Below, piece after piece: positions 48,790-63,370 of a stretch of 64,000 nucleotides of DNA. Under the pieces are notes generated by a model that was not told the DNA's origin, made no database searches, and saw only the letters and a list, made by a program, of their open reading frames with translations. Position 1 is the stretch's first letter; every line of letters begins with the position of its first letter. Made by a program: the position numbers and the translations under genes. The DNA comes from Paraspadella gotoi. Lineage: Eukaryota; Animalia; Chaetognatha. The stretch is from the NCBI GenBank assembly GCA_051294375.1, contig CM119264.1, positions 6,139,110 through 6,203,109 of the forward strand, read 5' to 3'.

Positions 48790-49230
48790 AAAACAGATAT
48801 CAATAAAATAGAAAACAGAAAAGAAAGGAAATGCAAGAAAGGAAAAGAGATAAAGAAAAAAGAAAATAAGAAAAAGAAAGGAAACAGATATCAATAAAAT
48901 AGAAAACAGAAAAGAAAAGAAATGCAAGAAAGGAAAAGAGATAAGAAAAAAGAAAATAAGAAAAAGAAAGGAAACAAATATTAATAAAATAGAAAACAGA
49001 AAAGAAAAGAAATGCAAGAAAGGAAAAGAGATAAGAAAAAGAAAATAAGAAAAAGAAAGGAAACAAATATCAATAAAATAGAAAACAGAAAAGAAAAGAA
49101 ATGGAAGAAAGGAAAAGAGATAAAGAAAAAAGAAAAGAAGAAAAAGAAAGGAAACAGATATCAATAAAATAGAAAACAGAAAAGAAAAGAAATGCAAGAA
49201 AGGAAAAGAGATAAAGAAAAAAGAAAAAGA
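48790..49230. repeat. ~90-bp purine-rich tandem repeat, 5 units
   Basis: ca(g/a)atatcaataaaatagaaaacagaaaag...aaatgcaagaaaggaaaagagataa recurs near 48793, 48885, 48975, 49064 and 49155. Confidence 0.9.
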
Positions 49231-49430
49231 AAGAAAGAGAAATTGCAAGAAAGGAAGAGGAGAAAAGAAAAGAAATATAAGAAAGAAAGAAGAGAAAAAG
49301 AAAAGAAGGAAAGAAAAAAGTCCATAAGACGAAGGAAAACGAGAGACATAATCGGCGACGGAGAGAAAGTTTAGATTATAAAGACGTTGCTTCGATCGTT
49401 TCTCCCGGGGATTTATTGTCGCATAAAGAA

Positions 49431-49490
<60 letters not shown>

Positions 49491-50245
49491 AAACAATATT
49501 ATGATCTGGGAGGAGTACACGAGGAACCCAGGGTAAAAAAAAATGGAAGGAGAGGATAATGAAAACATATTCGAGGAAGGAAAGCTGTCGAAATCTCGGA
49601 AGGAAAAGAAACTGCGCGGTTCATATGAAATTGGTACAACCAATATTAAATTATCTATTCATTTAATAAAGAAGCTACCTTAACTCTGACTTTGGACAGT
49701 GTTTTATACACTTGGACAAACATTTTAAGATCGAGCCAGATTAGAATATTTTATTAATTGTGAAATTTAAAGGACAAAAAATATATTGAAATGAAAAAAA
49801 AATTATAGTTATTTTTTCAATTTTTTCAAATTTTTCCGCCTTATCTCATATCATGAAATGGGTTTTTTTTTGTGGAAAAAAAATGGAAACGACGACAACG
49901 ACGGCGACGATAATGACGTCAAATTCAGACAGCGACATCAACGACAAGGATGAACATTATTTGTCCCTTTTTTTTCTTTCCTTATTAAACTTTCATAAAA
50001 AATAAAGAAAAAGATAAAGGAGGAGGAAGAGCTAGGCTTTCAGACCGGCTTTTTCTTTTCTCCCTTTTTTCTTTTTGCATTTTCATCTGCTATTTATAAC
50101 GAAAGACGCTGGTTTTTCCGACCGGATTTATTTTTATATCTAGTCTATTTATAACCGAATCCTCGTTTTTAAACAGACGTTTCATGAGATGAGGAATTTG
50201 TGCCATCAAATTTGATTCGTTTGAAAAATGACAATAGGAATCTCC

Positions 50246-50580
50246 GGTCTCTGATCATTCGTTGCATTTACCATAACCTAATTTACGAATATCAATAATG
50301 AAGAGTGAATGTGGATCAAAGCCGACCACCCTGAACGCTTTCGAGGTTGATAAGAATAACGATACCATCGGGACCCAAACCGCCTCTACCGCTGGAGCCT
50401 CCCGCCGCTGTCTCCCCCGCGGCCGCCTCCGCCGCCCACGGCTTCCGCCCTTCCGGAAAACCGCGCGCCGCTACTGAGTTATAGCGCCAATTGCGCGGGA
50501 AATGCCACGGGGTTCGCGGCGGCGTCGGGGGAGAGCGGCGCTGTGGCGGCGGCGTTTCGGAAGGTTTATTCTTCGTTTTT
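50246..50580 (+). ncRNA. Candidate structured non-coding RNA or fold-back element (unclassified)
   Basis: Hairpin ggtc..tgatcattc / gaatg..gatca..gacc (50246-50327), then a long imperfect hairpin (50352-50573: aagaataa/ttattctt, cgccgctgtctccccc/gggggagagcggcg, ccgcgc/gcgcgg), followed by TTTTT. Confidence 0.3.
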
Positions 50581-51170
50581 CGCTTCTGCGGTCATTTTTA
50601 TTTCTATATCGTTTATATTATACAATTTTATTTTTGTTTTCTGATCTTCAATTGGGTTGTTTGTTTTCTTTATTTTTGTTACTGTATTTCTTAAAATTTT
50701 TGATGTTTTAATTTTTTAAATATTTTTATACAGATTTTAGTATTTACGAAAGGAATATTTCTTTTTAAATTTTATTGACGCATGACGAATCATCTTTTTA
50801 AAAATGCCTATTCAAGTAGTTTTTTTTCCCTAGCCCTAGCCTCGTAACACGAAACAATTTCAAACTTTCCCAGCTCTTTCTTTCCTTCGCAAACCATTTT
50901 GAAATCTCGCGCCTTAAGATGCCATTACACTTGGTTCACCATGAGAAGGACCATCCCAAAAAACTTTAGCTAAAAGACCCCGCCCCCGCCCCGCGCCTCC
51001 CCCTTTTTAGGAATTCAGTTTCAAAAATAGAAAAAAAAAGGGAAATATTTCTGAAATCAAGATGAATCGAACGCGTGAGAGAGATGGAGAGAGAAAGATA
51101 GAGAGAGAGAGAGTCGAATATTGAAATCTTTTGCCATTAATTTGCATTAAACGCCAACGGCAGACAGAAA

Positions 51171-51231
<61 letters not shown>

Positions 51232-51660
51232 TCTAAAATCTTCTAATAACTAGCTCTATCTGCGAGATGCCATGCCACTGGCTAAAAAAAGACCACAGCC
51301 GGGTAAGACATTATCATTTAAGATCATCTTAGATAATAATCCCTTACAGGATAAAGTTACACTGGTAATGTTTTGTTGTTTGTCAGGTATTTAAAAAAAC
51401 AAAATTCAAAGTCATTCGGGAATATTATTAATATGATAATAACGATGATGATGATGATATAATAATGGAGATGATTATTATGCTGACGTTTACATTTCCG
51501 TATGATAATATTACTCGGGGAGAGAGAGAAAAGCCCCCTGTCCTTTCGCGTGTGTGCAATTTTCACAAGTTCACTGTATCTCAGTTTTAATGATTTTCGT
51601 TCATTGTCATCCACATAGCACATTACTGAATCACCTGACCCTTGTTCGTTTTCTTTGTAT

Positions 51661-51700
<40 letters not shown>

Positions 51701-53395
51701 TTTCCCACCGGACACAGTCTGCGTTAAACCAAACTCGACACAAAGGCGACCAAGTGAAATGTTTCTGAGTCGCAGCACGTTGCGCATAAATAGAGTGCAA
51801 CCAGTATGACCAAGACGACGACGACGACTGCGACGACGGTAACCATGACGACGATAATAAAGACGGCGACGACTTAATCTTCAAAGGCGCCGGCAGGAAC
51901 AAAGGTTTCTCTCCTAACCGAGAACGACGACGACGACGACGATGACGAGAACGACAGAGACGCCATCTTTGACGACGAGAAAAACGAAGAACAACGCCGG
52001 TGAAGACGAAGACGACGACGAAAAAAGGCCGGTAATAACTCAGTTTATGACAACGACGACGACGACGACGAAAACGATGACGACGAAAATGACAGAGAAG
52101 CCATCTATGAAGACAAGAAAAAAAAAGAAAGTTTTCGGTTGTGATGAACACGATGACGACGACAACACCACTTTCGACGACGACGAAAATGATGACAGAG
52201 AAGACGACGAAAAAAAGCCGTGAAAACGCAGGCGATGACAACGCCGATGACGACGAAAAAGATGATGACAATGGCAGAGAAGTCATGTATGATGACGACG
52301 ACGATGACGACAACAACGCCACCTTTGACGACGACTGGAGACGACGACGAAAATGATGACAGAGAAGACGACGAAAAAAGCCGGTGAGAACGCAGGCGAT
52401 GACAACGCCGATGACGACGAAAAAAGATGACGATGACAATGACGACAATGAAGACGACGATGGTGACGACTACGCCACCTACGACGACGACAGAGAAGAC
52501 GAAGAAAAAGGCCGGTGAGAACGCGGGCGACGACGACGACGATGACGACGACGTCGCGCGACGATCCTCAGTTTTTTTTTCCTCCGGCGCTAAAATCTTA
52601 ATTGACGAGAGAATCGCCGAGAGGAGACGCGTCCAACTCGGAACGTCGCGCGGAGACGAGGAAACGCGTTGACCCACTGACGCGACGCAAACGCGAGGTG
52701 GCCGACGCTCCATCGGGCTCGAGACCGACGCGCCGACAGACGCGCCGAAAAACCGCGACGCTTACCAACCGACAGAACATTTTTGTTTTGCTTCGCGATG
52801 AAACCAACGAAAATCTGGAACCGACAAAACTAATTTGGTTTTCGTTGGGAATCGATAATACAGGGTTGTCTGTGGGAAGCGACCCGACTTTTTTTGTTTT
52901 TATCGAACTTCTCTTTAAATATTGTTACTAATTTTTGATGCAAATTTTGGCGACGGAAAATAAAAATATTCGTTTTGTGAAATTCAAGATTTTATTTCTA
53001 TTTTTAACATATGAATAATTTTTTGTGTAACAAGAAGTATTAATTTTGTCTAAATATTGACATTGTCAAACAACATTGTCTCTCTTTGTTGAAGGCAATA
53101 AGATAAAAAGAAATATTCGGCATTTTGTATTGTTTCACGTCATTTTTTGTATTTTGAAATTCGAAACTTTTTTTTCCCCACTGAAACCAATTTTATAAAA
53201 ATTAAACAAAATGAAAAAAAACTAATAAAATTGCAAAAAATTAGTTTTTTTCCCCGAATCGATATTTTTTTTTCCGGTTTCGTTCGACCAAAAATCCGAC
53301 GTCCGATTCAATTTTCACGTTTTAGACGAAGGAAAAGTTATTCTTGCTTTTCGGTTTTCGTTTGACGCGTTGCGGTTCGATATTGTTCTTTTGGC

Positions 53396-53590
53396 ATCGC
53401 CCTTTTCATATCGCTCTTTCAGCATCGCTCTTTCGGGATCGCCCTTTTCATATCGCTCTTTCAGCATCGCTCTTTCGGGATCGCCCTTTTCAAATGCCTC
53501 TTTCAGCATCGCTCTTTCGGGATCGCCCTTTTCGTATCGCTCTCTTCAATTCTCTCTTTCGGCATCGCTCTCTTCATATCGCTCTTTCAG
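53396..53590. repeat. 42-bp tandem repeat built from ~14-bp atcgc(c/t)cttt subunits
   Basis: atcgcccttttcatatcgctctttcagcatcgctctttcggg repeated 4-5 times with decay. Confidence 0.9.
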
Positions 53591-55283
53591 CTTTGATATT
53601 TTTTTTTTGTATCGCCTTTTAAGCATTGTTCTCTTATCTTCTCTTTTTTATATCTCAACTCTATCAACAAAAGTCTTTTCGTATGACTTTTTAACCATTT
53701 GTTATTCGAAGCATCGATTATTCTCCATATATCTCTTCTTTTCGTTCTCCTTCGTACAGTCCATCCAAGAGTGGAGGAGCCCTTCGTTCATTGTTCTCTC
53801 ATCAATAATTCATTGTCCATTGCTCTTTGCTCCATCGATCATATCTTCATCTCTCACCTCATCTCACTCATCACCTCATCATCACCTCACTTTTATCACC
53901 TCAATCTCATCACCTCATCGATTATCAACCATTGTTTAAGTCGCCCTCATGACATCGCCTGTCATCGCCTTTATTCATCTGTCATACACCCATTTTTTTC
54001 ATGCCCTATACACAGTCGCGTTCTTTCTTACATCGCCCCATCTGTAATCACTTTATCATTAATCTCCTCATCTCCAATCGCCTTATATTTTCCGTCTTCT
54101 CATCTGTCATCTCCCTATCTATGGTTTATCTTCCTTCGACCCGCGTCATCAACTCCCGTCCCATCTATTTTAAGAGACGAACCGACCGACTGCTTCCCTG
54201 ATTCGCATTCATCGGTTCCATGCGTTGAGATGTGTCGCTTTCAATCTTCGCTTTAGTTCGCCTTTTAAAATGTTTTTTTTTTCTGTCCAGGGTTCGCCAT
54301 TCAATGTTAGATGACCAAATACCTGGCATTTCTTATCTACCCTATTCTGTGTTGTCCGTTTCTTCACTGGTTTCTCAAAACTAGTGTACCCTGTTTGGTA
54401 GTTGTCTGTGTCCCTGACGCCTGGATTCGAACTCGCGACCTTCCTATTCCTCCAAGGCTGGACGACGAGTCTCGTCGCATTTCGTGACGGTCGAGTTTGG
54501 TCGCCCTGACGACCGAAAGCGAGAAGAAACGACGACGACGACTACGACGACGACGACGACGCCAACGAGAAAAAGTTTGAGGTGACCTCCTCGAAGGAAA
54601 TCCGAGAGGAAAGCGGAAGAGAAAGAAAGAAAAAGAAAAAAAGGGAGGAAGGTTGAGGGGGAAAAATTTGAGGGAAAGAGGAGAGAAAAGTAGGAGGAAA
54701 TAGAAGAAAGAAATATAAATAGGAAAGTCAAAGGTGGAAAGAGAACGAAAAAATACAGGGAAGTTAATGAGGAAGGAAGGAATTCGAAAAAAAAGAGTAA
54801 ACGAAGAAACCCAAAGAGGAAAGAAAAAAGTCAAGAAAAAAAAATAAAAGGAAGAAAAGAGAGGGAGAAAAGTTGAGAGAGGAAGCTAAAAAGTAAAGAA
54901 AAAGGAGGAAGAAAAGCGGAGGAAGAAAAGGGAAGGAAAGAAAAAGGAGGAAGAGGAAGGAAAAAGAAAAAAGAATCTGTCTTCGCTGAGATTTTCTTTT
55001 TATGAGCGAAGAAAATATTTTTGATCGGCAGCGACCCTGCGGACTTGAGAGTCTTCCCTTTCGAAAGGAGGAAAAGAAAAGAAAAAAAAAGAAGAAAAAA
55101 AGGAAAACAAAAGAAAAAAGATGAAAAAAAGGGAAAAAAAAGACGGAAAAAAGAAGAAAAAAAAAGTGTTGGGATCGAATCCCACTCGAGTCTTTTTTTT
55201 TTTCTCGTCTCCTCTTTTTCTCTAGAGTAAAAAGCGACGCCTTCGTCGTTTGCAAAATGGCCGACCGATTTCGGGGCCGTCGA

Positions 55284-55325
<42 letters not shown>

Positions 55326-55527
55326 AGACGCCGACGCAGTGTAATCGCAACAATGGAAAATCGCTTTTAGGAAAAAAATAAATCGACTGCGGTTGATGAT
55401 AGAAAAAAAAGTTTGAAAAGAAAAAGACGAAATAGACATTTTAACATTTAACGGTGATGAGAAATCTGAAGATACTTTATCGCCAGCGGCTCCTTTCGTT
55501 GAAAAACGCCGATCTTTGAAAAAATAT

Positions 55528-55629
<102 letters not shown>

Positions 55630-57060
55630 TCCCCTAGACCAACAATAGAATAATTTTTAAAAACTTTTAAAGAAACTCTGCTACGAACGAAGAGCGCCGA
55701 AAAAGAAATAAACTGAAGTAACGTACGAATCGAATAAAACGGAAATGAACGAATAAAATCCGTTATAACGAATAAAAAACCCAACGAAACGAAATAAAAC
55801 GAAAAGAAAAACAAAATAAAAATCTCGAAGAAAAAATTCAAAAAAGTTTTCGCGGCCGAGTTAACGTTTCACCGGTAAGAAAAAAAAAATAAACGAAAAA
55901 AAATTATGATGATGATGATGACGATCATTTTTTTACCTCAATAATAACCAAAAGAGTTGTTGACCGTGATGATAATGTAAACTTAAATAGTTATTAAATC
56001 TAAATGTTCGTGTTTAACTTTAAGTAAGTTCAATCTGAAATTATCTGAGAAATGTTTTCAAAGGTTCTAACGTTTCGTTTAAAACTAACTTTGGGAAGAA
56101 ATCAAACTTGAAACGATTTCGCACGGAATTTGAATAAAAAGTGATTGTGATTGTGATTGTGATTGTGTTTCGCGAGATCCAGAAATACGTTTCTTAAATT
56201 TGTTCTTTTCTTTGTTTTAAGAAGAAACTTGTTTCTCGTGTGAATCAAGTTCATCTTTCCTGATTCTATTTTGATTTATTTTGATTAGTTTCTTTACATT
56301 AACTTATCTTGCGTTTATATTGTATAATACGTAAGTAGCATCGCGACGGTTTAATTTAATCAAATATATATATGTATAAAAGAGCAAGTCATTGTGCTAT
56401 TTTATGGTTAGTTAATAGTCAAGCCATATTTCCGACCAAATCTCGTTTTTGTCTTATTACATATATTTTTCCTGATTGCTCGTCAGAATTGGATTTTTCT
56501 TTGTTGTCCGTCTTGACGAAAACTAATGCCAGCGATGAAAGAAGAGGAGGGGGGGCGTTTGGGGGGAGTTAGAGTGAGGGGGGCGTTGGGGGGGAGTCTG
56601 GGTGAAGGGGGAGGAAGGAGAGATGATGAAACAACTGATAAGAAGGAAAGAGAAAAGAAGAAACAAAGAGAGAGAAAGACAAGAGTTGGAAGGAAAGTGA
56701 AGAAACAGAGAAGTATGTAAAACGGAAACGGAGACGAAACAGAAAACGGAGATAGAATAAAACAGGGAGCGAAAGCGGAAGAAGTGGAACCGAAACGACG
56801 AAACAAAAGAGAGAAAAACAAAGAAACGAAATGAGAAAGAGAAACCAAAGTTTGGATGAAGAAAGAGAAAAGTTCTTTCTCTCTCTCTCTCTCTTTTGTC
56901 GCTCGGATGTCATTTAGACGAGACAATTGCGCTCAGTGTCTCATTCTCTCTCTCTCTATCTCTCGCTCTTTCTCTCTCTGAGTTAAAAAGAGCTAATACT
57001 TATTGTCCACTAGAAAAGTCGAATTATTGTTCAGTACCGTTTATGAAAACTCAATATCAA

Positions 57061-57142
<82 letters not shown>

Positions 57143-58169
57143 CATGAAATTTAATATAATATCATATCTACTATGTATTGTATATATATATATATATATA
57201 CATGTATAAAATTAGTACAATCAATATAAAGGTTATCCATTCATTCAATAAATAAGTTATTTGGCCCCTGACTTTAAACACATTAGACACGTTAGACAAG
57301 TCATGTAAAATATGTTTATTGTTTAATGAATTACGTATAATGTATTACGTATAATGTACTATGCATATGTATATATGAGCACAAACACAAATACTAAAGG
57401 GCAAATTGAGGAAAGACGGGTCATAACGTTTAATATATAAAATTGAGGAGAAAATCTCTTATCTGAAGAAAGGAAGATTTCGTTAAGAACTTGAAGCGAA
57501 TCTGACGACCGCTATTGACTTCACAATCTGCGCNNNNNNNNNNNNNNNNNNNNNNNNNNNNNNNNNNNNNNNNNNNNNNNNNNNNNNNNNNNNNNNNNNN
57601 NNNNNNNNNNNNNNNNNNNNNNNNNNNNNNNNNNNNNNNNNNNNNNNNNNNNNNNNNNNNNNNNNNNNNNNNNNNNNNNNNNNNNNNNNNNNNNNNNNNN
57701 NNNNNNNNNNNNNNNNNNNNNNNNNNNNNNNNNNNNNNNNNAAAGAGAGAAAAAAAAACTAAGGGATTGTATCATGGAAAGGATTATAATGGATAAAGAC
57801 GCCCGCGGCGGACGACGACGATGACGACGACGACCAAGTCGACGTGATGACGATGTCGACGACGAAGACGAAGACGAAAAAAGTTTTTTTTTGTTGGAAG
57901 GGGGTTGGAAGAAACGGTGGAGAGAAGGANNNNNNNNNNNNNNNNNNNNNNNNNNNNNNNNNNNNNNNNNNNNNNNNNNNNNNNNNNNNNNNNNNNNNNN
58001 NNNNNNNNNNNNNNNNNNNNNNNNNNNNNNNNNNNNNNNNNNNNNNNNNNNNNNNNNNNNNNNNNNNNNNNNNNNNNNNNNNNNNNNNNNNNNNNNNNNN
58101 NNNNNNNNNNNNNNNNNNNNNNNNNNNNNNNNNNNNNNNNNNNNNNNNNNNNNGAGGAAATAAGACGAG

Positions 58170-58700
58170 AAGAAGAAAGGAAGAAGGTTAGAAGAAGACG
58201 GGAAGAAAAAGATTAAGACGGAAAGAAGATTAGAAGAAGACGGGAAGGAGACGGGAAGAAGATTAGAAGAAGACGGGAAGAAGGTTAGTAGAAGACGGAA
58301 AGAAGATTAGAAGAAGACGGGAAGGAAACGGGAAAAAGACGGGATGAAAATTAAAAGAAAGCGGGAAGAAAAAGCTAAAGACAGGAAGAAGATTAGAAGA
58401 AGGCGGGAAGAAGAAGATGATGACGGGAAGAAGGTTAGAAGAAGACGGGAAGAAGAAGAAGAAGAAGAAGGCGGAAAGAAGAAGCGAAAGACAGGAAGAA
58501 GATTAGAAGAAGACCGGAAGGAGAAGCTGAAGACAGGAAGAAGATTAGAAGGAGAAGCTGAAGACAGGAAGAAGATTAGAAGAAGACGGGAAGGAGAAGC
58601 TGAAGACGGGAAGAGGATTAGAAGAAGGCGGGAAGAAGATTAGAAGAAGTCGGGAAGAAGAGGATGAAGAAGGGAAGAAGATTAGAAGAAGATGGAAAGA
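58170..58700. repeat. Degenerate purine-rich minisatellite (gaagattagaagaagacgg)
   Basis: The motif recurs more than ten times; seen directly. Confidence 0.85.
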
Positions 58701-60164
58701 AGACAAAATGGATAAAGAAAGAAAAAATGAGAAGAAATCAAAAAGAAAAAAAAAGCGAGGAAAAGATGCGTTGAGAATGAGAGAGAGAGAAGCTCAAGTC
58801 ATCGGCTGGAGTTGAAACTAAAAAGGAGCAAATCAGAAGCGAAGCGAAGGAGCAAAACATGAAGCAGCCAAAAAAAGATAGGGAACAAATGAGAAAATGA
58901 GAGTGAGAGATAAAGAGCAAATCAGATCAGTAACAAAGGTCCAAATAAAAATTGGAGCAAAGGGGCAAAGCAAAAAAAGAGCAAATGAAAGCACAGAAGT
59001 AGAAAATATGAGAAAACAAAATCCTAAGACTCACCGGCAGGGGGCGGATGAGAGAAAATCAAGGAGGCGCTCGTTTTTAATCTCTTGAACTTTATAAAGA
59101 CAGCGAGGACGACGACGACGAGACGACGACGACGACAACAACGACGCGGAAAAGAAGGAAGAATCCCGAGACTCATTATGATAATCAGGTTACGTTCATA
59201 ACGATGCCGACCTCCATCTTACGATTAAGTTTTTTTATTTTTAATAATAGATAATGAATTTTGTATAAAATTATGTAGCTAGAGTTTTAAGCAAAATAAA
59301 TCCGCTACATTTTTCTTTGAGATAATTAATCGGATTCTCATTTATCTTCTCTCGCTCTCGTCCTCTCTCGTCTCTCTCTGCTCTCTCTCCTTGCTCTCTC
59401 TGCTCTCTCTCTCTCTTCGTCGATCTTCTCTCTCTCTCTCTCTCCCCCTCCAATTTTCAATATTTTTTTTTCTGCGATGAAATCCGATTAAAAATTCTCC
59501 AACCTCAAACTCACCCGCAAAGAACTCAAATTCTCTTGGGAATCAATTCCTTACCTTTTCTTGCCTCGTGGGGTTTTCGAGGGGAAGCGTCGCTGGAATG
59601 AACCTTTTGTCGTCGTCGTCGTCGTCGTCGTCGTCTTTTTCAATCTCCATTGTGTCATCCTTACTGAGTAAATCTCAACCAAACCTTCCATTATCACTCT
59701 CCCTCAACCAAAGGCATACAACGGCATACAACGGCATACAACGGCAATACAATGCAGGAACAATCGACCCTTTACTTTCCACACGTAATCACCTGTCGGT
59801 CCACTTTGACTCTGTCTCCTTTCTTCACCTCTTCCTCTTCCTCCTCCCTTCACCTCTTCTTCCTCCTCTCTCTCTTCTCACGCCTCTTTAAACGCGCCAA
59901 GGCATTTCTGCCGGGCACTTATGAGGCTGCGGACTTATGCTCCGATGTGTCGGTCAGTCGGTAGCGTCTTCGGTCAAAACGACCCCTTTCACACGTTGCA
60001 GAAATCACTGTGAGAAATTCGAGAACTGAGGAGCCGCCCCTTAGTCTGAGAACCTTACTTATCGCCATTTACTAACCTCAAACCCTTGAACCACGATGGA
60101 TTGATACACTGCGATTCGCATCAATATTACCCGACCTGAACTCATCTTTATTCTTTTGACCTCA

Positions 60165-60325
60165 CCAGGGATGTGGAGCCGGAGCCGGAGCCGGAGCTGG
60201 AGCAGAATTTTTTATTCTGGCGCGGAGCGAGCTGGAGCCGGAGCGCGAAAAAAATTTTTGACGGGCGGTAGCCGGAGCTGGAGCCAGGAGCCGAAATAAA
60301 AATGCCGGCTCCAAGGCTCCATAAA
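60165..60325 (+). mobile_element. Likely terminus of a hAT-type non-autonomous DNA transposon
   Basis: cagggatgt followed by (ggagcc)n subterminal repeats and an inverted ggctcc copy. The matching other end was not found. Confidence 0.45.
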
Positions 60326-61132
60326 ATAAATAAAGGATATAATTATTAAATAAAAAATATTTTAAAAAAACAATATGTTGTAGCCAATTCATAATACTGA
60401 TTGTTTATAATTTTAATATAATATCATATATGTTATTAATATATAAGATTATTTAATAATAATGAATTCTTTTTTTGTTAATCTATTAAATTTATTATAA
60501 TACTATATTTATGAAGGTAAAATTATCCTCTAATATGCTTTGGCTTACTATAAATACAGCAAAGCCAATTTGCAGACTGATTAAAGCAAAGCTTTTCAAT
60601 AAATATATTTTTGAACATTAATAATATTAATAATAATAATAAAATAATAAATAATAAAATTATTTTTGGCTTACTAATTTTTTAATATTATAGTATACTT
60701 TTTATATAATTTTTGTTAGCTATGGTATGAAAGAATATCGTCATTTAAAAGTAAAAAACTAAATTACTTTAATATTATACTTAATTATGAATTAATAAAT
60801 GAATTAATAGAATTCAAAATTCAAATATATAGTAGTAAAACTATTATATTAGTTTACTTTTTCTTTCATAGTAATATTATATGCTGAAGGAATAACCATC
60901 ACTCTGGGCATTCCTATCACATCTTTTTATATTAGGTCGGACCTAAAGTGATGAGAAACAAGCATTGGCCAAGTTTAGGGTTTGAAAGAGCGGACTGGCC
61001 AGGATAATGGGGATGAATAATAAGGGACTTCCGGCATTCACCCTGAATGAACCCGCAATAAAAACCGGTTAACCCTAACTAATTTATCTTATTATTATTT
61101 AGCTAACCTTAAACCCTAGTATTTTAACCCTA

Positions 61133-62149
61133 CAAGGTAACACACAACAGCCGCGCCGTAAAAAAATTGTCATTTTCCAAAATTGTAAAATTGTTTTTTC
61201 AAATAAAAAAGGTATATATCATAATTTAATATTTTCTGAAAGCTCCTAAAAATATAAAGAGAATTGACATAATTAAAAATACTGTTAATATTAAACATTA
61301 AGCCTAATCTAGGCTTTAAAAAGATAATTATTAAATTAAAAATTTTTAAAGAGCAGTTTTTGAATTAATTAATTAATGTTGTTAGTTATTTTAATTTTAG
61401 TTTTGTCTTAAGTATTTTAATAATACTTAATATAAACAATAATTGGTAAGATCATAGAAATAGGTCAGCAATATTTAAAAAAAATTATTTTAGGATTTAT
61501 ATATTTCAAATTTGGAATTATCTTAATTAAAACTAAAAGCTGGTTATGGCTTATTTTTGTTTTCAATATTCTTAAATATATTATTTTTTTGAAAATTTTT
61601 TAAGAGCTTTCAGAAGATATTAATATTGATAACCTTTTTATATAAAAGTTCTTATTTGGAGAGAGAAAACAGCAAAAAATTTTGTATTTTGATAACAATG
61701 AATTTTGTTTTATTTAAATCGGAACATGTATCCACTCTAGACTTCAATAGTCTTCAATCAGCATTTATTCAAAACGTTTCAGTTTTTAAAATATTGAAAG
61801 TTGTAAAGTTTAACTTATAGTTTAAAATTATTGTTATCAAATAAGTAAATTTGCGTTTTACTCTCTAATAAGTTCCAAAAAACAATAAAAGAATGTTAAT
61901 TTTTAAAAAAAATGTTTATAAATATAGACAAAAAAATTGAAAAGATTTGTTTTAAAAATGAAAGACAATTTTAAAAAGAACTTTTTACCGCTGGTCCATC
62001 ATGCTAAGTCAAATCATAAACCATCAATAAAAATTTGGATAATATAAATGATTTGGGTTTTTAACTAATAATCTTTTAGATTAAAAATATCTTCCAGTTT
62101 GCAAATGACAATTCTTTTTTAAGCGGCCGGGCTGTTGTGTGTCACCTTG
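61133..62149. mobile_element. Tc1/mariner-type non-autonomous element (~1.0 kb)
   Basis: Imperfect TIRs caaggt(a/g)acacacaacagcc...aaaaaa..ttgtcattt at both ends, TA on each side (61131-61132 and 62150-62151), AT-rich non-coding interior with inverted ctgaaagctc/gagctttcag. Confidence 0.85.
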
Positions 62150-63338
62150 TAACTCAGGCTTTTTGNNNNNNNNNNNNNNNNNNNNNNNNNTTTACCATTT
62201 TGAGTTTCGAAGTTTTGGCGGAGATATCTTTATTCGATTTGGTGAAGTTCGATTTGAACGAATATCCTTTCGTTTCGCTTTAATAGTTAGCCAATGACCG
62301 ATTGGAATTCAGAGCCCGAGCTAGGTCGAGGTTGTTAGGGAGATGTGTAAAACAAATTCCTTAATTCGATTTCTAACTATTGGTCATTGATACCACTTTA
62401 TTGTTTATTTTGAAATGCCGGCCTATTTTTGCAGATCTGCTATTGCTATTGCTTATCGTGTATTACTGTGTACTGTATTATGTACCTGAATTTTGTTATT
62501 GAGTTACTTTTTGTTTTTTCGGCCCTCAACTTTTACACTTTTGAATAATTAATAAATCTACTTAATTGATTAATTATATTTTAGGGAGGCGGTGTCAGAA
62601 TATTAAAAGAGTTGTTGTTTTCGTTTCGGCCTCGTTCTTTATTTACAAAAGTATTGGCCTTCGCTGAATTGTAAACAAAACGCTTTTGGTTCTCGATCGC
62701 TTGTAATTTTCTTCAGTCTGTATTTTGGCCGCGTAACAATTTGTAATTCTCTCCCGTTATTTTCGTTTGTTCACGTTATTTAATATAATCATAATGAATA
62801 CTCAATCCTCTTTTAATATATTAGGCTAAATAGATTCGTCAATTATTACAGGAGTTAGTAATAAAGACGACAGAAATGGAAAATTAAAATTTCTTATTAA
62901 AAATTAAATTTTTCATAGAGATGTGATAGAGAGAGGGAGAAAAGAGGTGGAGGAGGAGGAGGAGGAGGAGGAGTGAGAACATTAGTCCACGTTCTCGACC
63001 TCTATTTCATTTCCGGTCTATTGTCATCTCTCTCTTTCTATCTCGCTATCTCTCTATCTCTCTATCTCTCTCCAATTTCACCCTGAAAATTGAAGAGTTA
63101 TCATAACATTCACCCTCTCTCTGTGTCATCAATGATTATGTTATGCACGTTTGTCGTCTTTGTCGGCATTTTCGTCAAACCGACAGTCGCCATCGTCGTC
63201 ATCGTCGCCATCGTCGTCGTCGTCATCGTCTCTCTCACCTGCTGGTCGTTTTCGTCATCTTCACTAAAGTTGCTGTCGATTTTATTGCAGGAATCGTCTT
63301 TGTAATCAACGCAGTCAATGGCGATGTTGTCGTCCTCG

Positions 63339-63370
<32 letters not shown>

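Noticed and set aside
51357-52931. ORFs of 363 and 202 aa, and poly-Asp/Thr/Ser frames
   Set aside because: Dominated by degenerate (GAC)n repeats open in several frames. A small real exon near 51630-51810 cannot be excluded but is unsupported.
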